DNA of 51,517 bases, filler included, from Thelocarpon superellum (Eukaryota), in NCBI GenBank assembly GCA_026025795.1. It is 2 parts of 2 records of this genome, joined end to end, with 100 filler letters (N's around TTAATTAATTAA, not from the genome) between each part and the next. Parts side by side here need not be neighbours in the genome. Positions count along the whole stretch, not along the records: positions 1 to 25,761 come from JAPEUG010000265.1; positions 25,862 to 51,517 come from JAPEUG010000266.1. One strand, written 5' to 3'. The position numbers and the translations under genes are program-made. Each line of letters opens with the position of its first letter. The stretch's first letter is position 1. The notes beneath the pieces are model-generated. The model made no database searches. It worked only from the letters and a program-made list of their open reading frames with translations, and was not told the origin of the DNA. Positions 22,156 to 34,423 of the stretch are shown in pieces.

Positions 22156-23518
22156 ATGAAGGGTACGCGGTCACCATCGCTGTCGTGCGTGCACTTGACG
22201 CTGATCATCCCGCCCTCTCAGCGCTCATTCTGGTCGGCGGGTTTGGCACCCGTCTACGGCCTCTGGTCCGTCAATGACCTCCCGACCAGTTGGCTAGCCG
22301 CCAGAAAGGACGGTGGAGCACAGTGACTGACCTCGCGGTAGACTCTCACGCTTCCCAAGCCCTTGGTCGAGTTCGCCAACCGTCCCATGATTCTCCACCA
22401 GATTGAGAGCTTGGCCGCGGCCGGGGTCACCGACATCGTCCTGGCCGTCAACTATCGCCCCGACATCATGGTCCGAGCGCTCAAGAAGGTTAGTCCCGGG
22501 CGATCAGGGACCCGTTGGCGCTCCCAGGTTGGCCCCACCGGCTGACCACGCGGGTGCGGGCAGTACGAGGAGGAGTTCAACATCAAGATCGAATTCTCCG
22601 TCGAAACGGAGCCGCTGGGCACCGCCGGACCCTTGAAGCTCGCGGAGAAGATCCTGGGCAAAGACGATTCGCCCTTCTTCGTTCTCAACTCCGATGTCAT
22701 TTGCGAGTATCCGTTGGAACAACTGGCCGCCTTTCACAAGGCACACGGTGAGGAGGGTACCATCGTCGTTACCAAGGTGGAGGAGCCGTCGAAATATGGT
22801 GTCGTCGTCCACCAACCCAACCACGCAAGCCGCATCGACCGTTTCGTGGAGAAGCCGGTGGAGTTTGTGGGTAACCGGATCAATGCGGGCTTGTACATCC
22901 TGAACCCCTCCGTCCTCGAGCGCATCGAGCTCCGTCCGACGTCGATCGAGCAGGAAACCTTCCCGGCCATGTGCAAGGACGGCCAACTCCATTCCTTCGA
23001 TCTCGAAGGCTTCTGGATGGATGTCGGGCAGCCGAAGGATTTCCTCAGCGGCACCTGCCTCTACCTCTCGTCCCTCACCAAGCACGGCTCCAAGCAGCTC
23101 ACGCCGTCCTCGAAACCCTACGTGCATGGCGGCAACGTCATGATCGACCCGAGCGCCAAGATTGGCAAGAATTGTCGGATTGGGCCGAACGTCACCATCG
23201 GTCCTAACGTGGTCGTCGGGGACGGGGTCCGTCTGCAGCGTACCGTGCTGCTATCGGGCAGCAAGGTCAAGGATCACGCCTGGGTGAAGTCGACCATTGT
23301 GGGCTGGAACAGCACGATCGGAAAGTGGGCACGGCTGGAGAACGTGTCGGTCCTCGGGGACGACGTGACGATTGGGGATGAAATCTACGTGAACGGAGGA
23401 TCGATCCTACCGCACAAGACGATCAAGCAGAATGTGGACGGTGAGTCTGGGCGCGGTCCGCGATTGCGACTACTTGCAGCTGACGCCCTCCACCGAAGTC
23501 CCGGCCATTATAATGTGA
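22156..23518 (+). CDS. MPG1: Mannose-1-phosphate guanylyltransferase (GDP-mannose pyrophosphorylase)
   Basis: Exons 22156-22162, 22222-22265, 22342-22488, 22564-23440, 23499-23518. [52 protein letters not shown], hexapeptide repeats, ends VPAIIM (PSA1 ortholog). Confidence 0.97.
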
Positions 23519-24069
23519 TTCAATCTTTGCTCCTTCTTCAACAAGGGCCGGCAACAAAAATCCCCACTCTTGCCGGCGAGGTGCTCGTTTCTTATCTGTT
23601 CTGTGGCCTTGGGGTTCTCGTTGATCTCTGCCACCATCATTCCCAGCATCTCAGTAGCCATCGCTTCATAGCCGTGCGCAACGAGCCTTTGATGGTTTCC
23701 GATTGCATCTTGGGTGATTGACATGGACCTTAAAAGCAATGATCGAAGCATTCTCTTCAGCCGAGGATGACGGGCTTGACTGGTTCCGTCGTGGCCGCAG
23801 GTGCGTTGTAGGGCCTTGAAATGTAGATCGGCCCGGCCTCGAAATGGTTTACACGACAATGCCCCAACTCTGAGTGAACTCACTTCTCTTGTGTTCTGCA
23901 CGATCGCAGTTTCTTATCTCTCCCTCCAAAACATCTGTGCAGCAGCCGCCACGATGAACATCACCGTCCCCAGTCTGTGCGGTGCCCGTCCATCTCTCGG
24001 CTCCTTCGGTCAGGATCGACTTCGCTCCTCGTGGTACTCTTCCGGGCACCTGTGCTCCAGTAGCGGACA

Positions 24070-25132
24070 ATGTGCTGGGGCGCCCTGGTTAATAGGAGCA
24101 ACTATGACTATCATGTCAAAAGATGTGGCTGCTGGTGAATGTCCGCCCTCTAACTTATCAACTGGGTTGCCGACTATGCTAGGCTCGCTATCCTTCTCAT
24201 CCTCCTCTCTCTTCTCCACCTCTCTCTTCCTTTCTCTCCAGCACCTCCACCTCATGACGGGAACGGCCACTCCGGTGGCCGTTCCCATCACCTCCACCGT
24301 TCCCACGGCGTGCATCTCCAAGTCCGTCACCCTGACGAGGTCCTCACTCTTACACGGTCTGATCCGACCGTGTTGCCAATCGTCAACGTATGAAACTCCC
24401 TAACCCCCCTGCCCTCCCCACCCCAACCCACACGTCTCTCACTGACCTCGTTCAGCATGGCGAACCTGACAAATCGTTTCCACCAGGTTTGCCATAGGCG
24501 GCCGTGTCCTGTCCGTGACCTGGACAGAGATCCCCGGCTTCGTGAGCCAGGTGGAAGTGTGGTCGCTGGTGGCGGGCCTTGAGCCAATAGGTGCCGACCC
24601 AGCAGGGCCAGGCTGGCACCGCCTCCGGCTCCCGTTCGCTCGCTCGCTCCGCCTGGGCGGTGAGGAGCCCAACACCGACCAGCAGATCTGGTGGGCGATC
24701 TCCTGGGTCTTCCAGGCCCCAAACGTCCCTGCCGCAAGTGTCGAGGGGTGGGGTCCCCGCAGCCACCCTTGGTCCCTGTCACCCTTCGCGCCAATTGGGA
24801 GATTGATCTCTACTCCAAGGAGGGCGTGAATGCCTCGTCCGAGCTGTGCAACAACTGCTGGCTCTGGGGACTAATCGACGGCCGTGATGATGAGGATCAC
24901 TGTGACGGCCGCCTATGCCGGTCGCCTGGCAGTCTCTGCTATGGCCCCCTTGAGCGACCCAAGCATCCCCTTTGGCGCTATTCCGCCCTGCTGGCTGCTT
25001 TGGCTGCCCGGGCAGAGGTCTCGAAGCCTCTTCTTGCGGATCGCCAACGCGGGAACCACCACCATACTCTCCCAGGGCAATCACACCGATCGCGTTGACG
25101 ACCTGCTCGGTCAAACGAAGGCCCTGGAATAG
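24070..25132 (+). CDS. Possible lineage-specific spliced hypothetical gene (model unresolved)
   Basis: Several intron-like signals, a hydrophobic signal-like stretch LAILLILLSLLHLSLP, and protein-like ORF pieces 24515-24829 and 24884-25132. I could not join all exon phases unambiguously. Confidence 0.3.
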
Positions 25133-25761
25133 GTCCTAGGGCCTGCATTAGGCCTCTCGCTCTCGCATGCACTTGGTGGCTGCCTTGATGGATCTATCCT
25201 GGATTACCCTACGAGGCAGCATGGATCATTGGCCTTTCGAAAGTAAGTTCACCGTGTCCTGCTCTTGGGAATGTATGAATGCTCATGTTTGCTCCTCGGT
25301 AGATCGCGATAAGGCCTTGGGAAACGGTGGAGAGGACAATAAGCAGAACGACAGGGGTGGAAAAAGTGGGGATTCTTACCGTTTCCTCCGGACAAGATCC
25401 TTTTCAATCCTTTTGGGTTTCCTTTCACCACAGGCGCTTGGTACATGTGCTTCCGTATTTCCACATCGCCATTATGGCAAAGTCAGCAATGTGTAGAAGA
25501 ATATACATTCGTTGAGCGCTGTTGAAGATAAGAGTTCAGATTCTAACCCCGTAGAGCGCCTCGTGACACCCATCCGAAATAACGAACACTCGGGTATGAA
25601 GTTCGTGCCATTAGTATTGCGAACCTGCGGGTACCGGGGGACGGGCAAGATCGGCTAACTAAACTAAGTCGGGACGCACGGAGCGCCTTCCGATTCTAGT
25701 GGCGCGTCTGCTTGGACGTCACCCGCCGAGGCCAATGTCGTGCCTCTAAGCAGATCAGCAA

Positions 25762-25861
25762 NNNNNNNNNNNNNNNNNNNNNNNNNNNNNNNNNNNNNNN
25801 NNNNNTTAATTAATTAANNNNNNNNNNNNNNNNNNNNNNNNNNNNNNNNNNNNNNNNNNNN
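25762..25861. other. Artificial scaffold spacer N44-TTAATTAATTAA-N44
   Basis: Exactly 100 nt. The central 12-mer (25806-25817) gives stop codons in all six frames. Confidence 0.97.
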
Positions 25862-25902
25862 CAGCTCCGACTTCGTCCGGGGCATCAGAAACATAACGAT
25901 CC

Positions 25903-27268
25903 ATGATGGCGGCGCCGGCCAAATCCACATTTGCCGGCCTGGGGGTGCATCCATGGCTGGAAGCTTCCCTCCGATCCATGGCCATCACCAGGCCTACAGG
26001 TATTCAAAAAGGATGCATCCCTCCCATTTTGGAGGGACGAGATTGCATCGGTGGCAGCCGCACCGGGTCAGGCAAGACCATGGCCTTTACTGTGCCCATC
26101 CTCCAAAAGTGGGCCGAGGATCCGATCGGCATCTACGCTCTGATCCTCACTCCGACAAGGTACGCCCCGACGCAAGGATCTGAGGGGTGCGACTGATGAA
26201 GATCTACACAGAGAACTGGCGCTGCAAATCTATGAACAGGTCAAAGCCATCTCGGCACCGCAGTCATTGAAGGCGCTCCTCATCACAGGCGGGGCAGACA
26301 TGAGAGAACAGGCGCTTGGGCTCTCGCGGCGACCGCACATCGTGATTGCAACGCCAGGACGCCTGGCCGACCACATCCGAACGTCGGGTGAAGATACCTT
26401 TGGTGCTCTACGACGGGTCCATGTGGTAGTCCTCGACGAGGCCGATCGCCTCCTCGACAGCGGGCAAGGCAGCATGATTCCCGATGTCGAAGAGTGTCTC
26501 TCCGTCCTTCCCACGCCCCACACTCGACAGACGCTTCTGTTCACGGCGACGGTGACACCTGAAGTTCGGGCACTCAAGGAGCGCCCCCGGCCTGCTGGTC
26601 GACCTGAGGTCTTCGTATGTGAGGTGGACACCGAGCACTTGGCCATTCCCCCAACCTTGGACCAAAAGTACCTGCAGACGCCCGTCACGCATCGTGAAAG
26701 CTTCTTACACATTCTCTTGCTGACGCCAGCAAACGTGGACAAGTCCATCATCATCTTCTGTAACCGAACCGCCACGGCGAACCTACTCAGCCATCTCCTC
26801 CGTCTATTAGATCATCGCGCCACCGCCTTGCATTCTCTCCTCCCTCAACGTCAACGTGTCAACAATCTCGCGCGCTTTCGGGCCTCGGCAGCCCGAATTC
26901 TCGTCGCCACGGATGTCGCCGCACGTGGTTTGGATATCCCCGAGGTTTCTTTGGTGATCAACTACGACGTTCCTCGCGACCCGGACGACTACATCCACCG
27001 CGTCGGTCGAACCGCCCGAGCAGGCCGGAAGGGTGAGGCCGTGACGTTCGTTGGACAGCGAGATGTGCAGTTGATCCTTGCGATCGAGGCACGAGTGGGA
27101 CGGAAGATGGAGACCTACGAGGAAGAGGGTGTCAGCATCGAAGGTCGCGTGCTCCGGGATGGACTGAAGATTGTGGGCGAAAAGAAGCGAGAGGCTGCCC
27201 TCGAGATCGAGGAAGGCCGAGAAGTTGGCGGAAAGCGGAGGAAGAAGATGAAGAGTCTGATGCGATGA
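25903..27268 (+). CDS. DBP8: ATP-dependent DEAD-box RNA helicase Dbp8 (18S rRNA biogenesis)
   Basis: Exons 25903-26159 and 26212-27268. Q motif [68 protein letters not shown]. '[11 protein letters not shown]', 'W.EDP.GI' and 'TAT' are typical of Dbp8. Confidence 0.93.
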
Positions 27269-29971
27269 TGCACGGTCGCAGAGATGAGCATCTACGAGCA
27301 CCGGCTCACCACGAGCACCTCTCGTCTCTCCTACATACACCCCTGCAAGTCGGTTGCAGCCGTCCACATCCACTATTCTGCTCGAAAGTCGTGGAACAAC
27401 GACATGCCATTCTCCTACTCATGGCGTGTAAAGATGATTCGACGGCAAGGTTGAGATCCTTGGGCAACGTGAACGTGACGGGCAATGTCAGCGTATTCAA
27501 ACGTCATGTTGAGGCGAAGCTGGCGCTGGAAACAAAACACGTCACGAGTCATGAATGCATGCAGAAGACCTACGTCATGGGCTCTCATAGTCTTTCATCC
27601 GCGGCGATGATACACTTCCGGAACAATTGCGCCCCTGGCCGCGTTCATGTTTCATTGTTTCAGCTGACCGGGATCTTTCTGGCACGCTTCACAGGGGCCA
27701 CCTGACAGGAAGGTTGAAGAAAAGTTTCAATGGATCATGCAAGATAGTGTGGGGTTGACGCGTTGATTTATCGCATGATCGACTATGATCCTTGCATTAT
27801 TATCGGCGAGTACGACGCTGCGGTCGGTATGGCATAAACAACGGCTTTCGCGCGGCACAATCCACGTCATGCATCCTATTGTACCTCGTCTACTTGCTCA
27901 GCGGCCATGAAGCATGGCAACTTACCACAATACCATCATCTTCCCATGGTGATCCCACTTCATCCTTATCGTCCATTCCCTCTTCCACGGAGAAGCGCCC
28001 AGTTCAAGTTCCATCACCCGAACGAGCACCGGCTGCACTGCGAGCGTCTTATCTACCGCTTACTGTGTCCTAGCTCTCCAGCAGTCGCTGTGACAACGTC
28101 ATCGCTCAGCTCGAGAGAAGGACATGGTCAACGTAAGAGCCGAGACGAGCATCTTCGCGGCGCGACACAAGGTGGCATTGTGATACAGCTTCAAGGGCCG
28201 CGCGTCGAAGGCGGTATTGAAACTCACGAGATTCTGGACTAGTAAAGTGACTTTTTGGAAAGGAAACAAGCCAAGGAAGGATGTTGCTCTGTCGATATGT
28301 CCGTGTGTTACCCATATTATGCATAGATGCAGTCCGACGAGTCATCCTTGCACATGACGAAGGAGCGTTGAAGGAGAAGTAAGTGGATAGGACGCGCGTC
28401 CGGTACAAAGGGACCAGCACATGCATGAGGCTATGTTTATGTTTTTAGTATGATAAAGCGCAAGGGTTGACTTTGGCGCAGTTCGTGCACCTTTGATAGT
28501 CAACTTAGACGGAGAGACACGAGAATCAATTGGAATAAATATAATCGGAAAAAAATCAGAGCTCGGGGGAAAGCCAAAGCTCTACATCCTAGCCGTGGAA
28601 TCAGGAGTGATCATCATATGTTATCATGGATCAAGTAGTTCCCTCAATACCCTCCCGATGATGATTAATATCCCCTTGCCAGTGGCCAACGATAAGGAAG
28701 TGATCCGAGACGACGCAGGCAGTAGTAGATGTAAGCACGACGATGAGTCTTAGTACTGACCCCTTCCGAGTTCTCGTGCTGACTACAAGCACCGGCAGCC
28801 GCTCGATTACTCAATCGAGCAACGACCCACCGACCGATCGCACGGGACCAGCGGTCGGCCGTCTCTTCCCTTCAATAATCTCGCAAATGTCTATTCTGGT
28901 CACCGCTACTACTCTCTTCGCACCGGGCTGGCTCGTGGCACGGAACAACCCTGGTTCTGAAGCGGACGGGGTACATATGCGCCCGCGGGTCGGATAGATA
29001 GAAGGGACAAGCAAGTCTTTCTTCTCCACGAGGATGGACTACGTGCCGCACTCGTACTAATCCAGCGTACACCGTATGCTACGATACTTACCCATCGAGC
29101 TCTCTCATTGCTCTCTCCACGCGTATCCTTGCCCACGGGAGACGAGATAATATCTGACAGAAGAGTGGGTAGGAGTAGCCATGGGCCGCCCGGACGACGG
29201 AGAACACACCAAGTGCCATAGTCACAAGGAAGTAGTAAGGCACCCGCCAACGTTAGTTAACGTAGCTAGTTGGTCCTCGTGGGAGATGGCCTGGCCAGGC
29301 CGCCCCGTACCAGTGGCAGAGAGTGCCAATCCGCGAAATAGGCAGTCCGCGGGCGTGGGTAGGGGTGCAAGGTACGAGACGACCACGAGTGGGTGACTAA
29401 CTAACGAAATGGTAGCGCAAGTGGACAGCGCGAATGGGAGGTGCAGGGCGGCCACGCGCGGGAGGCAAGGAAGAGACGCACACGGCTGCAAGCGACCTCC
29501 TGAAACTCCAACACCTCGCCTTGCTATTTGTCTGCGCTGGATGGGATACCCTGAGCTCCCCAGCTACGCGACCCCCAGCAGCAGTCGGCTTGCGTGATCG
29601 ACCCGTTAACGTCCTTGTCCAGATCGTCGCGAGGATCGTCAAGACGCGGCCAGCTGATCCGCTACGATCACCTTGTGGTCGCATACGTCGCTCAATCGTA
29701 CAGTGCGCGCAACGCGCGCGGTGCAGAGAGGAAGGTCCTCTTATGTTTCAGTGGATCTCTACATACGTGCTCGTCCGAACAATCAACAATCCAACAACCC
29801 CAAGGCTTGCGTCCCCGATTATATAATTACACACCGGTTATATGTAACAGAGAGGGTAGGAAGGGAAAATGGGCAATGACGTTCTTTTGATCGCCAAAAT
29901 GGTCACACCACATGTCCTGCGCCGCTGTCATGATACTTGGCTGTCGCGTTCCTGTACTAGGAATGCGTGAC

Positions 29972-30609
29972 TTATGCGAGGAGGATGGCACCGACGGCAG
30001 CGAGACCCGCAACGGCCATGGAGCCGGAGAAGGAGCTGGCAGCGCCAGTGAACGCCGGGGGCGCCGACGGGGCGACCGGGGAGCTGGGGGGTGTTAGCGG
30101 AAGTCATGAAAGCTGGAGAGCAGTGACAGATCGACATACCTTCCGTTGGTTGGGAGAGCCGGGGTGCCAGTGGAGGCGATGACGGGCGAGGCGACCGACG
30201 AGAAGACGGGCGCAGCCGACGTCGCCGCGGGGCACACGGACACGGTGACGGTGACCGGGGCAGGGCACGACGACGAGGTGGCAGCAACCGGGGCAGCCGA
30301 GGGCGTGAAGGTCGAGCTGAAGCTGACCGTCGACGTGCTCGTGGAGGTGCTGGTGATCGGGGCCGATGACGTGCTGTACACCGGGGCGGCGGTGGCCGAC
30401 GCGTGCTCGGCCGCCGTAACCGGGCAGATGGTCGTCGACACCGGGATGACTGAGGTGACCACGACGGTCGACTCGGCCGGGCAGTTGAGCACCGTGGGAG
30501 CGCAGCTGGTGATGGTCACCTCCGAGGTCGAGTAGACGGTGGAGGTGGTGTAGTTCCAGGCCATGGCCGAGGAGGCGAAGAACGCAACGGTGGCAGCGGA
30601 GGTACGCAT
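29972..30609 (-). CDS. Small Ser/Thr-rich GPI-anchored cell-wall protein
   Basis: Signal peptide [17 protein letters not shown] and [13 protein letters not shown] motif. Intron 30139-30084 (GTATGT..GCTAAC..CAG). C-terminal GPI signal [26 protein letters not shown]. Confidence 0.9.
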
Positions 30610-33367
30610 GTTGATGGAGTTGGGGGGGTGAAAAACGGGAGGGTTGAATTAGAGAGTGGAAGGGAGTGTGTTGGCAGTTGGCTCTTAATGAGAGTGATGA
30701 CCGAAGCCGAGCAAGATGATGAAACTGAAGAGCTGAAAAGTCGGAAACGTAGGATTGCGATGCAAGTTGTGTCCGGCATGGGCGGCGATGGGGTCAGGGC
30801 CTTATACTTGTCGGGAGATTACGCTGCACGGGTAGGCCAGCGCCATGGCCGGGGCTCATAGCGCCATGAAGAGCTGATGGCTAGAGTGAATGCAAAAGGG
30901 GTGGTGTCGTCGACTACTGCTGGCGAGCGCTTAACCGACCCATTGCCCGTCCCCATGTGTCATGGCGCGTGAACGGTGCCTGAGCCGGCCTGGCCAATGC
31001 CTTGGCCGCCGACCTCGCCGGGGGGGGAAGTGGTCGCGGCGCTTTAGCCCGCTAAGGCACGATCCATGGCGCCCTAATGCAGGTCCCTACCCCCCTCCAC
31101 CCACTCAAGCGTACTCACCCTCCTGGCCCTAGCTGCGCCAAACGAACCACCGCAATTTCCCATCCTCGCCGGCCTTGCCATAATCGCTCGATGTTTCCGT
31201 CCCCGTCAACGAGGCAGTGCAGCTGGTGCTCCCCTCACCCCCGGACCCGGCGAGTCTATCTTCCCCCCCGAACGCTCGGCGCGCGGTGCAACGGACGGAG
31301 GACGAGATGAGCCTATCCCTGCCATCCAAGCACAATGGGAGACCTCTCAACGTCGCCGCGGAACCGCGTCACCCGGCACTCGCTCGTTTCGAGTGTTTCC
31401 CTCGTCACCGTTCATTCGGCAATCCGCCGCTGGACTCAATCTCCCTCGGCGCTCGCCTCGTCCACCCAGCGTGCACACAGCTGACCCTCCCATCGGACCC
31501 GTGACTACGCTCGCCCACGGCGCCCGCCGTACGAGTGCGAGTCCTCGTAATCGTGGAGAGGAGGCCCTCGAGCGGTCCGGTACTATCGATCAAACTAGCA
31601 TTGACTTTGGCACGGCGTGCCGGCCTGGTGACTAGCCTCAGGGGTCCCAAGGGAGGGTAGCGCCGCGTTAGTCGCCGTCGCCCGGGACCGAACGCCCCCC
31701 AGCCGGTGGTCATCGATGACGGAAGTCGCCTCCTCCGTCTCCATGCTCTCCTCTGGTCGTCCCGGAAGCGCAGCCGGTCTCTACGCGGGCCTCGTACCGT
31801 GGTCTGCGAGGACTCGTAACCAAGCTCGACCGAGGGGTTTTCTCGACGCGGTCGCACAGGCGTCGGTCGCATGCATCGGCGGGACAACACTGCAGATCTG
31901 AGTTTCACGGGTCCAAACACTGGGAGCAAGCCAGATACGGAGGAATCCTCTATCGAGAGCAGCCGGACATCCGCAATCCGCGATCCTTCGGGCGCGCATT
32001 GGCATGGCTATGACGTGGATGTTTGATGTGGCCATGAAGCTGGACCGACTCCCGACAGAAGGTGCTCCGAGCAGACCATGCAGTCGAAACCGAGCAGCCA
32101 CGGCCTGAAGTCAAGCGATCTCGCGACCGTCGTGGCTAGCATTGGTCCGCCCGGTCGCGTCGCGTGGCTGCTGGAATGGGCGCCCTATGAAAGGACGGGA
32201 CCCGCGTCGCTAGGTTCCTACCTAGCAAAAGGAGGAGATTTGACGGCCCGGGTAAACCACCAACGACGCTGGTCGCACTTTGCTTCCATCTTTTGACTGG
32301 AACGGAGGCAAATTCGTAAATGGGCAGGCTTGGCGAGCAGTGTGAAGTTCCCCGACGTCAAATTACCGCGGACGGGTACCTGTACCTGGTATATGGAGGA
32401 CCGCCCAACCCTGGCCAATGTACCGCGCACCTAATGCAGTCCGCTGGTCCTTGTGTCAGAAACCGAGCGGTAGGGATCTACGGGTTCGGGATGCGGGAAA
32501 AGGCTCGACGAATATTAGCAGGCCTCTCGTCTGGTAGAAACGAGTTTGCTCGGGCCCAGAGTAGGCTGGGGGCCGTAGGACCAGGAGAGCGGTGGAGGCC
32601 GGGTTACTATTCCAGTTCCACCGCCACATTGGAACCGGAGCTTTCGGGACGGAGCTGCAGCAAGGGTAGCTCCCGCACTGGCGAAATCATTCGTCCGATG
32701 TTGGGTCTTGTCGCACCCATTTCCTTTGTTAGGTGCTCGCTCTTCCTCCATCCCCACAATGGACGTGTGTAATTACCGTACGGCTAGGATCACAGCGACT
32801 ACTGTGGTCCTTGGGACGGAGCAAAAGGTAGTAGCTATTATTGCATGAGAACTAGTTGGCGCGGGCCGACGTGTGGAGAAGCAATTCCACGCGGGGGACC
32901 GGCACTTGTAGAAACGACGAAGCACAATAATGCTGCAAGGGCTTTCGGATCATTTTCTTCACGCTGCCGCGCGGGGAGTTGCAGTACCACGCGTGCGATA
33001 CGCGTTCTTTTCCCCTCGCATCGTGGACGATCAGCCAACACGCCGAGATCGCAGGCGGCCTCCACTACACGCCACGCCCGATGAGATGGGACTGGGGGAA
33101 TGCTCTAATGGAGGCCAAGAAAGCTGCGCCATTCTCTTCTTATTACTGGGTTAGCTACACGGCTATAACTACTGACGATGGCTCTTCCAGCCGTTGCGCG
33201 CCTCGATCAAGCCCAATCACAGTATGATGATTGAAGGGCGCCCAAGATCCGCACTGTCTACATTACTTTTGCGATCGGACCAATAACCGAGGCAGCTACA
33301 GACGGCCCCAAGCACGGGAGCAAAGCGGTGCGCTCAGCTACAAGTAATGTCACCAACCAACTCCCTG

Positions 33368-33437
33368 GTAAGTTACTCGTACTTAACCTACCCTAGTAAC
33401 GTGTACTATGTTTTCTAACTTCACCACCTACCAGTAG
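33368..33437 (+). other. Orphan consensus spliceosomal intron in a long intergenic region
   Basis: G|GTAAGT at 33368, TTCTAAC branch site at 33413-33419, tandem acceptor CAGTAG at 33432-33437. Confidence 0.5.
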
Positions 33438-34123
33438 CTGCGTCGGTCCTCGCCGCTGCACCATCGCATACCAATCATCATCGTGTCGCTACGCGGCCAA
33501 GATACTCCAGCCGCCAAGCCCGAGCCAATCGCGCCCCGGATTCGCGTCGAGCGAAAAAAGATCTTCCTGCTGATCGGAGGTGGAATCGAATCGAGTAGAA
33601 GCTAGGACATTCTCGTTCCTTACCGTAGAATATCCTACGTGTACTGTCCCATGCCTATGGTCCGATGCAGATTACGTCTGTGAATGGCTATGTCATAGGG
33701 TGAGAGTGGACGAGATGAGGTCGGGCGCGACCAATCATCCCGTCGTGGTAGAGATCTGCGCAACGTACGAGGCGTCGTGCTAGAGGCTGTGTAGCTTGAG
33801 TTCGTGTACGAGTACGAAGTAGCCAAGCTCAAGGATCGGACGTGGGCCGTGGTCGCGTGCCCCAACGCGTCGTACGTGTCTGGTCTCCGGTAGTAACGGT
33901 GCGGCCATGAACACGGGAGTTTGAAGACAGACAGACAGGAGAGAAACAGACGGATCTTGTGGAACAGCCGGCCATCAATGCCTGGCTGCTTGTGTGTTCC
34001 AACTTGGTGGGGATTACACGGATGATGTGCAGAGCAGCAGAGCAGCAGAGCATTGCAGAGCGGTCGGTGCAGGGAGTGGTGAGACAGACATCTCTACGAG
34101 GACTCGTACGAGCAGGGTGGTGC

Positions 34124-34143
34124 GGGGTGGGGTTGGGGCGGGG
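34124..34143 (+). other. Compact four-tetrad G-quadruplex motif downstream of the ING/PHD gene
   Basis: GGGG-T-GGGG-TT-GGGG-C-GGGG. Confidence 0.55.
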
Positions 34144-34423
34144 TTGATGTGAGATACCTCACGGTGAAGAAGACCCTGCGCTGGCTGTTTCTGGGGTCAT
34201 CTCTTCTCATTTCATGTCAAGTCAGGTCAGGTCATGTCAAGTAGCAGCATCGACTTGGAGATGACGAGACGCACTGCCGACCATACGGATCTCTAAAGAC
34301 ATGCATCCGGGCCCAGACACGGATCCTATGGAAGTCACACGGGGAGGTTCGAGTCCATCTCGCACCTCCCACGTCCCAACTCCGGCTCCAGGACCATCTC
34401 ATTCTGGCTCGTGTCTCAATTGC

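Noticed and set aside
11234..23518. Secondary-metabolite or functional gene cluster (membrane proteins, permease, receptor, MPG1)
   Set aside because: There is no backbone enzyme (PKS, NRPS, terpene synthase) or tailoring gene, and the genes belong to common, unrelated families.
27900..28760. Lower-GC stretch with short ORFs, possible pseudogene or transposon relic
   Set aside because: No recognisable domain, terminal repeats or target-site duplication.
29084..29093. ATACTTACCC resembling the U1 snRNA 5' end
   Set aside because: It diverges from ATACTTACCTG, and no U1 stem-loops or Sm site follow. It is more simply a minus-strand GTAAGTAT donor-like sequence with no supportable gene model.
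34343..34360. GGTTCGAGTCC tRNA B-box/T-loop
   Set aside because: The T-stem does not pair fully, and no D-arm, anticodon arm or acceptor stem can be built.
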